A stretch of DNA of 64,000 nucleotides from Amoebophrya sp. A120 (taxonomy: Eukaryota > Protista > Dinoflagellata): positions 4,091,253-4,155,252 of the forward strand of contig CAJINV010000003.1 in the NCBI GenBank assembly GCA_905178155.1. The letters run 5' to 3'. Of this stretch, positions 46,401-59,100 are shown piece after piece (position 1 is the first letter of the stretch; each line of letters begins with the position of its first letter). The translations under genes and the position numbers were made by a program. The notes under the pieces were generated by a model that saw nothing but the letters and a program-made list of their open reading frames with translations, was not told the origin of the DNA and made no database searches.

Positions 46401-48490
46401 CCATGCACATGGCACCTTCCGCCAGCTTCCGGACGTCGACCAGCTCTGTTGTATTGTAGATGCGACATATGTTATTTTTTTCGACCGAGTCCGCCCTAGG
46501 AAAAAGAACCACGATGCCACTGCTTTTTTAGTACTATTTCAAATAAACCTATTGTGCGTTGCTGTAGTTTTCATGTAGAGTGCATCTGCAGGTCGAGGTT
46601 GAGCAGGCAAGGCGAACAGACAATCCGTATCCGACCGCTGTGCTCTATTAAGTCGTCCTCAGTAAAGGCGCACCAATAATTAAAATCATGAGTATCATTC
46701 TGTACCGAGGCTTTCGTGCGTGCCGGGTATTTTATAGTTTGTGAAGGGGACCTGGAGCTGCAGTTCGGCGAGAGCAGCTGGCTTTAGGGCGCGACGCTCG
46801 TCTACATGCCCCATGACAATATCTTGCTTCGTTTTGTGCTTGTTCGGGTCTTCGTCTTTTGCACTGGCGCTTAAGTCGGTCTGCCCACCACCTTTCGGAC
46901 TGCCTTTTGCCATTCCGCCACTTTGCGTTGCCTGAAGAATCGGAATTTTCATTTTCTTTGCTCAGTCTTTGTCTGGTTGTATTTCTTTATAACAGAAATA
47001 ATACCGCTGCAGCATCAAAAGAAAGCCCAACCGGCACTATCAGTATATCATAGTCATACATCATGTGCTCTGGCCGACTAAGTACGGTGACGTCGTTCGC
47101 ACTCGCACTCTGAATCCAAGAAAGTTCATCTTGTGAATCAAATCAAACCTATGTTTGTAGTACTTTCATCTCCTCTGTTTTGCTTGTGTTGAGTCCAGTC
47201 GGCTTTCCAAACTGAAAGTTTTTGAACTCCCGTATGTTTCGCATGTCGCGATCCATGTTGGCGACGAGATCCTGGGCGTTGATCCTCTCGAAGTTCATCA
47301 GCTGACTTTTGAGTTCGGGTGAAATTTTGCTGCCCTCCTCCCCTGAGCTCCCGCTGCCGGAAACCCCGCGTCTTTCGTCCGGATCGTAATCGTCCGAGAC
47401 CATGGCGTAGATGCGCTCGTATTCCTCCAGGGTGTAGTTCTCCAAACCCGTTATCGGTTGTGGTGTGAGTGGAAAGCGCTTGCCGCCTTGCTGCAGAGCT
47501 GCGGTGCTTGACGTCGATGCGGACGCGCCTGGCGGCAAAGAGGTGGTTGAGGTGGAGTGCTGCAAGTGTGGCTGGAGGTTCGACGACGAACCGCTAGAAA
47601 CGAGCCCGCCGTGGCTCTGCAACCGCGCGGAGCTGTTCTGGTGGTGCATCGAAACCGAAGTGGAAAGACCTGGGAAAAGAGGTTTGATTTCAACAAGTAT
47701 AGACGCTGTTTTAGTGCCGCCACTGGAGCAAGCCAAATTTCAAAAGTCATCGAGGAGCGCGGCTGCGCGGCGGCGGATGATTTCATATTGACAATATCGT
47801 CAGAAGTAGCGCCATTGCTTTTGCTACTGGAAGAACTCGACCAAATGTGTCAAAGTTGTAAAAAATCATTCACCGATGGCGCCACTTGACTGGGAGCCAC
47901 GCCGTGTCGATGGTCCGCTGCCACCACTCGTCATGCTGTTGTATTTGTGCCGGATCACACTGCTCACCTTGCGTTCCGCTTCCGGAAACTCCGGCGCCTT
48001 ACTGTGTTTACCGCCCACAGTGGGCTTGGTTAGCCCGATAGGGGGCAGCAACATCGTGTCCGTGGTGGTCGAGAAGGTTTTCGTGGCCGTCTTTCGCTTC
48101 CCGAGCTTACTGGCGTTCCCCGAAACTGAATGATCTCAATACCGGGACCTGGCAAAGATTTTCTGCAGGAGGGGTGCTCGCTTTATTCCAGTCTTTTGTG
48201 CCGGGTATGAGAGGACCGGCGCTGGCGGCTGCTCGACCTCGAGCCGATGGCAATCGATCAGTTAATTGCCCATCGTTTAAGTCTCGACAGCAGCGTGGCA
48301 GCATCCATAGCTGTTCATCTCCATTTGCGAAGCGCAACAAGCAGAAGTGCGCCAGCCACTATCAGCCGCTGGTCCGGCACGTGCTCGATGTGCAAAAGCT
48401 TCGAAGGTCGCTTTGGTTCCGCCTGTGGCGCCAAGAACGGTGCTAGAATGAGTCAGATGAGAGGCGCTGCAGATAGTCTGATGAAGCACT
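43418..48490 (-). CDS. Multi-exon hypothetical coding region (one or more genes); boundaries approximate
   Basis: A chain of coding-like minus-strand ORFs (47866-48340, 47149-47736, 46695-46952, 45850-46460, 44841-45323, 43761-44066) separated by AT-rich GT-AG gaps. No family recognised. Confidence 0.5.
44395..44542. mobile_element. TIR introner family 4, copy b (148 bp, TSD GCCTG)
   Basis: tatgcactgcaaaagtatcgtactcgta pairs with tacgagtgcgatacttttgcacaggata. GCCTG at 44390-44394 and 44543-44547. Removal gives RCYMEQ-AQMVNFLRRMGVEE. Confidence 0.92.
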
Positions 48491-49339
48491 AGCTTGGCAC
48501 GATTGCTCCTTCCACCGCCGCGACGGCGCAATTTTCTCCAGGTCAAAAACAAAAAGAAGAAACTTTATCCGCTCAATAAAACAGCCAGTCCTCCTCGTGC
48601 CACCTTAGGGGTATGTTTTTCTACCTAGTAGTTCTTTGTGATGCAGCAGAGCACGATGCGAGTTTGGCTTGGCAGATACAGATTTATTATGATCTTCATC
48701 GTTTGGTTGCTCGTGACTCTCGACATTGGCAAATTTGATTCATCTCTTGCCTTCCTACCGAAACCTGAAAGGGAGCTAAACATTGCGATTTCACTTTGAG
48801 GTGGCTCGCTCCACGCTGTAGTTGCTGTTTTCCCACTAATATCGCTTTGTTAATTCTCACACGTCGACTCGCTCCACTTCATCTCTTTCTACATCTAGCA
48901 TATGATTGGGGAAGACGAAGATTAGCATCAAGAGCTCCATTTTATTGCGGAAACACACCTTCCCAGTGTAAAGATCTGCGTTGAAAGCGCAGAAACAGAA
49001 AGCAAGTTTCAAAATCTCACGAGATGTCCATTTCGTCCCGAAAACCTAGGACTAGGCCAAATCCGAATTAAGCTCCAAATTTACCCAGTTTTTCTACGGC
49101 AAACTTCTACTTCTTGGAATGCGAGTCTTTGAGTTCGAAAATGATGAATCATCAAGATGCAATCGGGATTTGCAACAAGCGCACGTCGCGGCAAGCGCAC
49201 AGATGAAGAAACATCGAACTGGTTCAGAAAATTGGGTTGTCCGTAGTTCAACAACAGCGCACGAGATAAAACAAGCGCATGCGGAAAATCTTGTTCAGAC
49301 TAGTAGAAAGATTGAAAATGAGTTTGGGCGGCACTTACT

Positions 49340-50566
49340 TTATTGGTTCTTGTTTTTCGTCTCCGCCTCTGGACTTGCGCTCTCGGCAGCTCCGGCGGTC
49401 GCCCGTGAATAGGCAAACAAGCCTCCTATCGTGAGGACGAAACCGATCATCTGCACCGGCGAAACGGGATTTTGAAACATCACCAGGCCGGTCGCGATGC
49501 AGCAAACCCGATTCAGGTTCGCGATCACCGAACAAAAAACGCTTCCCCGCTTTTCGATGAGCAGGCACTCTGTCACATACCACGTGGCCGTGCAAGCGCC
49601 CTTGCACAGGATCAGCAGCAGCACCGGGATGACCACCGAACCGCCGAAAATGCGAAAATCCTTGCTCGAGTCCGGATCTACTACGCTTGCGGCGTTGAAC
49701 TGTGGGTTTTTCAAAAATGCAGCAGTGCTCTCGTACACTATCTGCCATGGCTTGGCGCCTTCCAGCCACGCCGAAAGCATCAGGACGGCGACCATGTTGA
49801 AGGGCATAATCGAGAGGGCCAGGTCGAGCACCACACGCTTCTGGCACTGGCCGTGGCGGCGCTTCACGACGACAGACGTAAAGAGCATACGGAGTGCGCG
49901 AAACGCCAGGGCGGCGAGCGCGAAAAACATACCCAACGCGTGGAAGTTGACTTCGCCCGCGGAACTAAGTACGCCGCCGAAACAGAGCGGCACCAACGAT
50001 AGGAGCATCGGCAGACTCTTCCAGAAGTCGAAATTTTCTCGGCCTTGCACGAACAGGATCGAAAGCGGCACCTGAAAGACCGGAAGCGCCATGGAGACCC
50101 CCTCGGTGACAGACGGGAAAAGAAACAAATTGGACCCCATTCCGCAGGTGCCAGTTCCAATGGTCATCAAACTCATCGGCGCCACTTCGCGCAAGAAACC
50201 AAAGGCCGTCAGCCCGAGGGCGTTCACCTCCTTGGGCTTGCTATCTGTAGTCGTGCGCCCGTCGTTCTTATTGAGCGTCAGTTTCCGCATTGTGAGGATG
50301 GTACAGAGGGACATGATTTGGTCCGTGAAGATCAGAAATAGCGGAAAGGGCATAGAAGAGCTCATGAGCAACTTGGCGAGAATGATCATCCACACGTACC
50401 CCGCGGTATGAAGCACCGCCTCCACCACCATCAGTAGCCACCCAAGCATCGTCGGAGACGAGGTGCTAGTGCCTGCAATAGTGGCTGGTGGATCCGTCTT
50501 CGCAACCACGGCGCGCTTTGAGGTACTGCGACTGCGCGACGTGCTTTTGCGCTTCGCGATGCTCAT
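49340..50566 (-). CDS. Triose-phosphate / nucleotide-sugar transporter family (DMT, SLC35E-like)
   Basis: About 10 TM segments; KLLMSSSMPFPLFL, AGEVNFHALGMFFALAALAFRALR, SVIANLNRV..VMFQNPVSPVQMIGFVLTIGGLFAY. Confidence 0.85.
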   Translation of the reverse strand: MSIAKRKSTSRSRSTSKRAVVAKTDPPATIAGTSTSSPTMLGWLLMVVEAVLHTAGYVWMIILAKLLMSSSMPFPLFLIFTDQIMSLCTILTMRKLTLNKNDGRTTTDSKPKEVNALGLTAFGFLREVAPMSLMTIGTGTCGMGSNLFLFPSVTEGVSMALPVFQVPLSILFVQGRENFDFWKSLPMLLSLVPLCFGGVLSSAGEVNFHALGMFFALAALAFRALRMLFTSVVVKRRHGQCQKRVVLDLALSIMPFNMVAVLMLSAWLEGAKPWQIVYESTAAFLKNPQFNAASVVDPDSSKDFRIFGGSVVIPVLLLILCKGACTATWYVTECLLIEKRGSVFCSVIANLNRVCCIATGLVMFQNPVSPVQMIGFVLTIGGLFAYSRATAGAAESASPEAETKNKNQ

Positions 50567-51125
50567 CTTGTGTAAGTATCCTGATTTCGAAATAAACAGA
50601 AACGAGAGAGGGAAAATTGGTCCGTGACCGTGCCCCAAGAACTTGTTGGCGGTGCAACGAGAGCACTATTCTTATTCAATCTCTAGTAGGACGAGAAGCA
50701 CCAGAAGAAGACACACCAGGACGCCGGTCTCATATGCGAATGTCGCGCATGATGTAAAACCAAGACAGCAACGAAACGAAGGAACAAATTTACGTGTCAT
50801 TGAAACAAAGGTAAAAGGGTCTTGGTTCGGCTCTTTTTTGAGTTTCCGGTGCTTGTCTGTCACTGTTTCACTACGTCACTTTGATGGCCAATATCTTGTC
50901 GGAGGTTGCTCGCAATTTTTTGCAAGTTATTTGCTCGCATTGTCCGTACGGATATCAGTTGGTGCGCAGAGCACTTCTGTCGTGTAACCATCATCTTTTC
51001 TTGCATGCACTTGGTTGTATGCAGTAAACGCTTTTTCTATGGGGCAAAAGTTTCAGTCACTTTTGGTTAGCCACGAAATTTTACTTCATCCTTGTCGAGT
51101 ATTTTAGTACTTCTTTCTAGTCTAC

Positions 51126-52490
51126 TTACGAAAGAATATCTGTATCTTCACCCGTTGGCGATTCTTCTTTTTCACCCGTGTTTCCCGTGTCACAGTCATC
51201 GCTGTTAAGAGTAGTATTGCTCTCACGTGAGCCGTGGTCTGTTGTGCTGGTACCGCGTCGGCGGCTCCGGCTTCTGCTGCGAGAAGCGTGTCTTCTCGTC
51301 GCACTCCCGGTCGACGGGGTTGATCTGCTTATTCTCGCCTCGAGCCTGTTGTTCGCACTCGGAGAGACAGAAGCCGATTCACGCGCAGCAATGTCGCGCT
51401 CCAGCCTGGTCTCTCGCTGGCTTGCTGGACTAGGAGACGCGTAGTGAGCGCGCCAGGCTTCGGTAGCTCTCTGAAAGATGACACTGGAGGAAACTCCGTC
51501 CATTACCATAGTCAGTGTTCGCTTTTGCACTGCAAGCGACTCCGCGGGTGGACGTTTACAGGGATGCACGAGATTGTGCTGATCTACGACGAAAAGGCTA
51601 AGGACCTCCTGGTACCCCGCACGGAGATCCTCTGGGAAGCGATAGCGACGTCTGGAAGCCTTCAGGTCCGGGACGAGTAGATCCCGAAGCCTTTGTTTCT
51701 GCGCCCGGCAGGCGGACTTCGAGGGAGCAAAAAGCGTTTTCGTCGGTTTCCCCCCGCTGTACTTGTCCGACGTAGTTGCCTCTTCCAGTTCCACAAAGTA
51801 GGGCTTTTCTTCCATGGCTGAGGTCAGTGACCCGTACACATTGGCGGTAATTTGTGTGTCCATGCGGCTGAGTCCCAAGGCCAAGCACTCCGGCGGCGGA
51901 GGCGGATGGCAATGCGCGATCCAGCTGTGGATGGTCTCAATGTGCATCGCGAGACCTGGCAGACCGCCGCAAATATTGAGGGCTTCTTGGTCAAGTTTGC
52001 GGTAACCCTTCGGACAAGCGTGGGCCAGGTGTTCCTGCAATTTGCGCAACGGGCCACGGAAATCACACCCAGCGTGCGGACAACGACGTGGAACGACGCG
52101 GCAAGGGTCGACACTTGCGCAATAGTGCCAGCTTTGATCATCGTGTTCCCCCGGAAGGTGTCCCAGTTCGCGCATCCCTCCAAGTGTCGTCACTTTGCAG
52201 CACCACTTACACTGAACCCGTTCGGCGTGCAGCGATCGTGTTGCGAAATGACTTTTCTGAAATCCGAAAGCATCCCTGCCAATCGGAAGGTTACAGTGGA
52301 AGCACGCGTCACGAAATGCGCACTGTTTGCTGCAACTCTCGCATACTAATTTTCCGCAGCATGTTGTTTCAAATGCTGCGTCCAGAATCGGATCACCACA
52401 AAGTGGACAGGTACTTTCAGACACGAGGCAGGCTGCTTCAGGAGCGTTCTGGTTCAAAAACTGGAGGTCCGGCGCCATCTTCTCCTTCAT
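51126..52490 (-). CDS. RING finger / TRAF-type zinc finger protein (putative E3 ligase) with RS-rich tail
   Basis: CPLC..CCGKLVCESC..CFHC RING, then CKWC and RCPHAGCDFRGPLRKLQEHLAHAC. Confidence 0.75.
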   Translation of the reverse strand: MKEKMAPDLQFLNQNAPEAACLVSESTCPLCGDPILDAAFETTCCGKLVCESCSKQCAFRDACFHCNLPIGRDAFGFQKSHFATRSLHAERVQCKWCCKVTTLGGMRELGHLPGEHDDQSWHYCASVDPCRVVPRRCPHAGCDFRGPLRKLQEHLAHACPKGYRKLDQEALNICGGLPGLAMHIETIHSWIAHCHPPPPPECLALGLSRMDTQITANVYGSLTSAMEEKPYFVELEEATTSDKYSGGKPTKTLFAPSKSACRAQKQRLRDLLVPDLKASRRRYRFPEDLRAGYQEVLSLFVVDQHNLVHPCKRPPAESLAVQKRTLTMVMDGVSSSVIFQRATEAWRAHYASPSPASQRETRLERDIAARESASVSPSANNRLEARISRSTPSTGSATRRHASRSRSRSRRRGTSTTDHGSRESNTTLNSDDCDTGNTGEKEESPTGEDTDILS

Positions 52491-53301
52491 TCCAGTCGCT
52501 CTCCTGAAAAGAGCTACAAAACAGACAAGAGCAGAAAGATCGCTTTCCACAAAAAGAATCACGAAGCACAGTGATCTAGAATGTGCAATAGCAATTAAGA
52601 AAGTGAAAAAGCAACTGACTCTAGACTAGAAGCGATTCCTCTTTATCACAGATTGATAAACATGCCTACCCCACTTATTTTTTTCGGTACAGTTCTTTCA
52701 GCGAAGGGAAAAGACTTCGATGGTGCTATTTGCTTAAGTAGCCTTAGCGTGATATGGCCGCCGGCAAAAACGAATCGATCAGTAGTTGATCAGGAATGAC
52801 AAAGAGCAGCAGACTGTGCACAGATGCAGGGGATCATCATCATAAAAGAGCGAGATCGCTTGCAAAAAAAGAAAAAACTCTGGGACCAGTGCGAGGACAC
52901 TACTTCGCCGGCTGAAAAAAGACAAGTACTCTGCAAGATGAACACCGTGATGGTTATTTTCGCTGTGTTTGTACTCCAATTCTGTCAGCGCATTGATTGA
53001 AATGCAGGAGCTGAGGCTAAAAATAGGAAACCAAGCGTCCTAGCGCAAGAAGATGCGATCCCACTTTGGGGTGCTGATCTGCGGTGATTCTTTCTCAGAT
53101 TGAATTGCATGGGACTCATCTTCGACAAGTCCAGTATATCCATACATAGGCATTTGGAAAACAGCGACTGGAAAACTTTATCAATCTCCCATGGATAGTT
53201 GTGACACTCATATTTTTATTTGACCGTCCAAAACGAAAACCTCCAGATCAAACGAAAAATCTTTAGAATGCAATAAACACTCCGCGTTGTACGACCTGCA
53301 G

Positions 53302-55461
53302 CTAGCGCTTCAAAGTCGAGATGAGGTCGTTCTCCTTGTGCAGGTTTCCGTCGGGATCCGTCCAAAACAAAGCCGGAACGGATTTGGGCCCCACTGCGGT
53401 AACCAGTTTTTCAATCTCTGCTTCTTTCGCAGCGAAAGATTTCCCCGCATCCACGACACTGCTTCCGGGGTAGTACAGCGACAAACTCGAGCCCATTTGG
53501 GCCTTCTGGTCTTCGTTCGTGTGCTTCACGTGGTAAGCTCTTGAAAACGAGAATCGCTGAGAGGTTGCTCCTTCTGAGGAAGGAGAAGAGGTGGACGTCG
53601 CGCGGGCATCATCGCCGGTCCTGGCCGCGTGACGAGAAATTGCGTCGCTTTGCTTTTCATCCGCGCCGTCCCGCACGACAACGTACAACACTTTCAGACC
53701 CGCGCTCTGCATGGGCGGCATCCCTCGAATCACGATGTCGCCGAGTTGCGGGGCAAAAGCCGAGCACTCAGAGCACTGGGCATCGGATCCGACAAGGTAG
53801 ACGAGATCCGGGACCATGTTTCTCTCCAGATCTTCTCCCAAAACGCTGGTTAACGAAAAAACGGAATTCTTGGTCACCATGTCCACCTCCGCAGTAGATG
53901 CGCCGTGAATCTCTTTCTCGCCTCCAGACGTGATGGCTGCTTCAGCTCCTGTATCTGGCTGCGGCGTTGGGTCTGCAACATTGGATGCTGTGGTCGCTGT
54001 CGCGGCGTGGTCAACATCGATTGTAATTTCACTGGATTCCGAATTTGATGGATCAGTAGATGAAGATGAAGAGATGCTGTCGTGCAGTTCCAGTTCATGC
54101 TGCTGTTCTCCGGAAGTAGCACTGTGCGATGAAGCTTTAGCTTCACGATCTTCCGCGCATGATGAAGTGTCTCGCTCTTCCTCGCTTTGCAACTCTTCTC
54201 TGCTCCCTTCCCCTGCATCTTCCATGTTCATGAGTCGTCCACCCTCGCTGCTTGTTACTTCCTCAGCGCGACGAGTGGCAGCGAGTTTGCAAGCTGCTCC
54301 TGCTCCCGGCGATGAAGAAACTCCTGTGAAGGTTGCGCTGGAAGTAGACGAAAACGTATCCTCTCCGATCGCGCTTGAGCTTCCGCGGGAAACAGGCCCG
54401 ATGACGAAGGTATCCCCCCCGCTGCCCGATTGGGATGACGTGGATGTCCGCAGCGCACCATCCACTTTGATGAATTTCTGCAAGTCGGGTAACAAGGACG
54501 CGTATTGGTCATCTTGTTTTTTCAAATTTTTCGCCACGCTTTCATCTTCTCTTACGGAGTCGGATTGGTGGAGCTTCGGTTCGTAGTTGTTGTTTTTCTC
54601 ATCTTTCCCCGTCAATTTCTTTGGTGTGATCCGTGTGTCGCCTGCACTTCCGGAAGCAACTGAGCCGGTGCCTGGGTTCTTCTTGACCACGGGTTTGTCA
54701 ACGTGCTGCTGGCCTTCTTCTTCAGACAGTTCAGCAGGACGCGTATGGGCAGCGCCAGGCGGGTTCAGCTCTTTCACTTTCTCTTCGACGTTCAATTCAT
54801 TTGCATTTCGTGCATCGATGCCGCTGGAAAGTTGCTTCTTTGGTGGGTCTTCAACGTCATCTCGAGGGGTTGAATTCTGCGTCGACCCGCGTCTTTTGCC
54901 GTGGCCGCTGCTCGTACTTCTGCTTGATGGCTTTGTAGTTGTCCCGTTTTTCTCCCTTTTGTTCTTCGCTTTCTTTGCTTCATCTGGTTCTGCTTCACCT
55001 TCCTGCTGTGTATAATCTTGATCTTGTTTCACGATGTGGATAGGCGTATCGTCTTCTTGTTGCGCTTTCGGTTGCTTTCTTTGAGAAGAGCTCGCAACTT
55101 TTGCAGAAGCTGGAGTTGCAGCTGCCTCACCTTTACTTTTCTTTTTGACGGAAACGGAGTCAAAGGTTTCTTGTTTCGAAGCCTTGATGGAGGTGCTCGT
55201 CGGTTTACTTCTTGCCTTCGTCGCCTTCGTAGTCGCTCCCCCGACTACTGCGCCGGCCTTCACCGCAGTGGGACTGGGGGGAGCAGCGACTACTTCATAG
55301 TACGTGGTCTGGTAGTAGGTCGAGGCGCCGATGAGGATGCCGGCTGTGACGATTCCCATCACTGCGGTTCGGGATCGCCCAAACTTCAGCAAAGCATCAA
55401 GCAGAGCCTCAGGGAGAAACGCCGTAAATTTCGTCATGTATTTTGGTACGACCACAGCCAC
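53302..55461 (-). CDS. Membrane-anchored protein with disordered stalk and C-terminal thioredoxin-like (nucleoredoxin-type) domain
   Basis: N-terminal TM (AVMGIVTAGILIGASTYY); C-terminal LVYLVGSDAQCSECSAFAPQL..LKVLYV..KSVPALFWTDPDGNL. Confidence 0.65.
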   Translation of the reverse strand: MAVVVPKYMTKFTAFLPEALLDALLKFGRSRTAVMGIVTAGILIGASTYYQTTYYEVVAAPPSPTAVKAGAVVGGATTKATKARSKPTSTSIKASKQETFDSVSVKKKSKGEAAATPASAKVASSSQRKQPKAQQEDDTPIHIVKQDQDYTQQEGEAEPDEAKKAKNKREKNGTTTKPSSRSTSSGHGKRRGSTQNSTPRDDVEDPPKKQLSSGIDARNANELNVEEKVKELNPPGAAHTRPAELSEEEGQQHVDKPVVKKNPGTGSVASGSAGDTRITPKKLTGKDEKNNNYEPKLHQSDSVREDESVAKNLKKQDDQYASLLPDLQKFIKVDGALRTSTSSQSGSGGDTFVIGPVSRGSSSAIGEDTFSSTSSATFTGVSSSPGAGAACKLAATRRAEEVTSSEGGRLMNMEDAGEGSREELQSEEERDTSSCAEDREAKASSHSATSGEQQHELELHDSISSSSSTDPSNSESSEITIDVDHAATATTASNVADPTPQPDTGAEAAITSGGEKEIHGASTAEVDMVTKNSVFSLTSVLGEDLERNMVPDLVYLVGSDAQCSECSAFAPQLGDIVIRGMPPMQSAGLKVLYVVVRDGADEKQSDAISRHAARTGDDARATSTSSPSSEGATSQRFSFSRAYHVKHTNEDQKAQMGSSLSLYYPGSSVVDAGKSFAAKEAEIEKLVTAVGPKSVPALFWTDPDGNLHKENDLISTLKR

Positions 55462-56125
55462 AACAACTACCCTTTTACCATAAGCAGAGTGCTCTGCCGT
55501 TACACTTAGTAGAATGTGGAGACTTTTTCCCCAGCGACCACCACTCTAGAGAGACCTGCTGGACCTCGGGTGGTCATGGTCAACACGGAGCGGACTTGAA
55601 TTCTCTCTCTGCTTCTCAGATATTTCAGAGCTTGATCGTGATCCACCTATTGCTCCAGATCTCGGCAATGCATGTGCAACGCACCAGATAGTCCTCAAGA
55701 CCGGGACGAAGAGGACACTCTCCTTTTGACACTCACACACACACGCTCAGAGTTCCAGGTGAGTTCAAAATCAAATGCAGAAATAATATATGTTCTGGCC
55801 CAACTAGGTCTATGTCTATCACTAGCAATAGCACGCAAGGCCTCGTCGAACGTAAACACGCTGGAGCTCGCTGGACATTCGGGATATGGCATTTGTTTGC
55901 TGCAACATCTTGCCCTTTCATTCCTATTTTTCCCCGCTATCGCAGTCGTAAACAAAATATATCAGTAATGTGGTGGACGAGGCAGCAATCTGGTGGACGA
56001 GGGTGTATTTGCTTCAACGGCTATGCAATCGCACTTAGACTAAGACTTACGTCGGGCACTTTCATCAAAAATGCATTTGTAAACTTGATGCAAAGACGTC
56101 ACCTGCACTTAGCAAACTTGCGCAT

Positions 56126-59100
56126 CTACAAAACCATCGCACTGTCGTCGTGTGTCGAAGAAGAAACTGTCGCCGCGAGATCAGCGAAGTCCTCCGCAGT
56201 GAAATTCACCCGGCGCGCCTTGTCGCCCATGTCGTCGGCAAGGCCGTAAAGCTCAAGCATAGCCTGGTGGTGCTTGTCTATGCCAACCTTTGCGCGTGCG
56301 AGAGCGGCCTGAACTTCTGCATCAGACGCCAATAGCCTTGGGGGGACCGCATGCAGCAGCTTGAGGCTAGTGTTGTTCTTGGATCGCAATGCCGCAAGCA
56401 CAAGTGCTCTCCCATTGCTGCCTCCAAGCAACGAAGGGGCGACGTGTCGCAATGCGGCGCCGTTGCTACGCACCGCCAACATCGCGGAGGCGGCATCGGA
56501 TCGCAAGGGGGTATATTTTAGTGCCTCCCCATCTTCCCGCAAAATTTTGCGCATCGCGTCCTTGTCGTTGATCAAAGGGTCTGAAAAGCCGCACGCATTC
56601 AACAGCTCTACGTTGCCCCCCTCACCGATGAACATGCTTGCGAAAAAGTCGGGGTCTCTCTCCATAAACCCCACCGAAAACCAAAAGAAGTCCGGATGTC
56701 CTGCGCACGCCACACGGAACAGGTCCGGATCTGAGAGCAATTCTTCGCCCCGAAGGAAACGCCACGCCTTTGCGTTCTGCTTTACAGCCGCGTGAGCGAC
56801 GGGAAGACTCGAGGACCGCACTTCCATACTGCAATATTCAAGCGCTAAGCCGTTGCTCTGCACTGCCGCGAGACAAATTTGCTCGTCCTTCGCGAGCTCA
56901 CAGGACAAGTACCGCAGCGCCAGGCCGTTCTGCTTCACCGCTAGCAGCCCTATCTCCAGAGAATTCCGTAGCTCCCACGAGGCTTCGGAAATGGCATCGC
57001 CATTTCGCATCACCGCTTCCCGTATCACGTTCTCGTCTCGGCAATTGGCTCGCGAAGTGGCGGCCAGAAGGCTCGGGATCATTCCTCGGGGATGATGTGG
57101 ACGAACGTCGCTTGGCGGGGGCTCAACTGCACTTGTGTTTGCAGCCACATCTTTCTCCTTGTCGGAACAGACACTCTGTTTCTCAGCATCGTCCTCGTTC
57201 TCAACGATGCGCACGCGCTTGATAGTTTCAAGAACGAAGTCCTTGTCGGCCAACACCCGCGAGCTAGCAAGTGCAACTGCTGAATCACTGTTAAGTTCTG
57301 CAATGGCGCGAATGAAGTGAATATCATCTCGAAGGACCCATGGCACCCGGCTGCGCTCCCGGAGACCCGAGCGTTTCTTTCCCAGGCTGTCGCCACAGCG
57401 TAAGAGTTGACGCACAGCCGCAAGGTAGAAGTCTTTGCTTTTCTGCGATGACAGCGGCAACCTCCAGAAGGAGTAGAATCTGCAATCGCGCCCCGTAGTA
57501 GAGGCAGCGACAATGCTCAAAGCTGTTGCACGCTGTTCCGGCAAGAGGCAATCGAGAAATTTGCGTGGAAGCTGGGATAGCCCTGTATTGGGCAGCAAAT
57601 TGCTCTCCACTGCTGCGAGAAAGGCTGGGTCCGCCCGCTGGCTGGGACCCAGATTTCTCCACATATCAAGAACTGCACCGCTCCCACCTGCTCGAGCGCA
57701 TTCCTGCAGGAATTTCAGCGCAAGAGCAGCGTTGCTACGAAAGTTTTTTGGAAATTTCCTCCACAGCAGCTGCACGGGGACTGTTTTTGCCATGAGGGAC
57801 AGAAATTCAGGATCGGCGCGCAAGTCGTCGCGATTCATCAGCTCCGACAAGTTGGTCAACAACCAACATTCTTCGTCGACAAATCCCCCAGGCGCAGTTG
57901 CGCAGCTGGCCCGCGCCGCTGCCATTATAGTTGGTTTTTGTTGCGCATGCGCTTCGCTGACATACCACAGGGCCTCAAATCCATACTCTTCAACGGCCAA
58001 ACGCACAACGCAGTCGCGGTTTCGGACTTCTTCGGAGGCAAAGAAAAAAGCGCCGAACCAGCCGGCACGAAGAAGATCACAGACGAACTCTTCATCGTCG
58101 CGCAGGGATACTGGAAGTGCATAGGGACACCTCCCCCAGTCGCTAATCCTATCAGCGATGCTAGCTAGCCGTGTTGCCGGGGACCGGGGCCGTTTCCAGG
58201 GATGGTGTATGCCTCTGTCATTTACCACCAATAAGTGGCCTGCGTCCTTACACAATCCTGCTAGTTGTTCTTCCTCGTAGTGCGACAGGCGCCCGGGGGT
58301 GACACAAAATTGGGTCAGACTAGGACTAGCCAAACCCGAAAGACCTTCACGTGCTAGGACTTCGATCCGGTATAGTCTTGGATTGCCTTGGCGAAGATCG
58401 TACTGGTTTCTTGGCAGCACTACCTTAGCGGATGATCCAGTCTGCCCACCACCCGGATTGCCAGTCTCGGAAGCAGGGGCAAGTTGGCCGCGTGCGGCGT
58501 CTATCGCTCGCTGCCGCATCGCGATGATTTTTGGGTCCGCATTCGGCGGCATTGAGCTCACCAATAACGGTGCAGAAGGGGAATATACACCCAAAACCTC
58601 GAATGGATTTGTGCTGGGTGTTGCTCCTCGACTGGAACTGCCTAGGCGGGTAAACGTCCACAAATAACCGTCCAAGCAAATACCGTCGACGCCTCGGGAA
58701 CTTGCGCCGGCTGCTACCAATCCAAAGCATTCGCGGGCAAGGACTTTCTTGCGGTGAATAGCCATGACAGTAACCAAACCTTGCCGTGATGCGTAACGCC
58801 ACCCAGCTAAACGCGCAGCCATCATCGGGCAGCGCATGTACACTTTCGACAAGTAAGCCGCTCGATTTTGTTCGAGATACAGCCGCTCGATTTTGTTCGC
58901 AACCGCTTCGGTAAGTGCCCCCTCAGCCTCCTCGACGCCACTGCTGCGGCTGCTGTGCGAACCTGCGCACATCACTGCTTCGGATGCTAAAGCCAAAAGC
59001 TGCAGTTCTGTGTCCTCCCGCAATTCCGGAGAGGCGAAGCGAAAATTTGTGCCGTTTGCTCTGATGAGTTCGCGCATTAGTTCTCGGTCGCTTCGATAAC

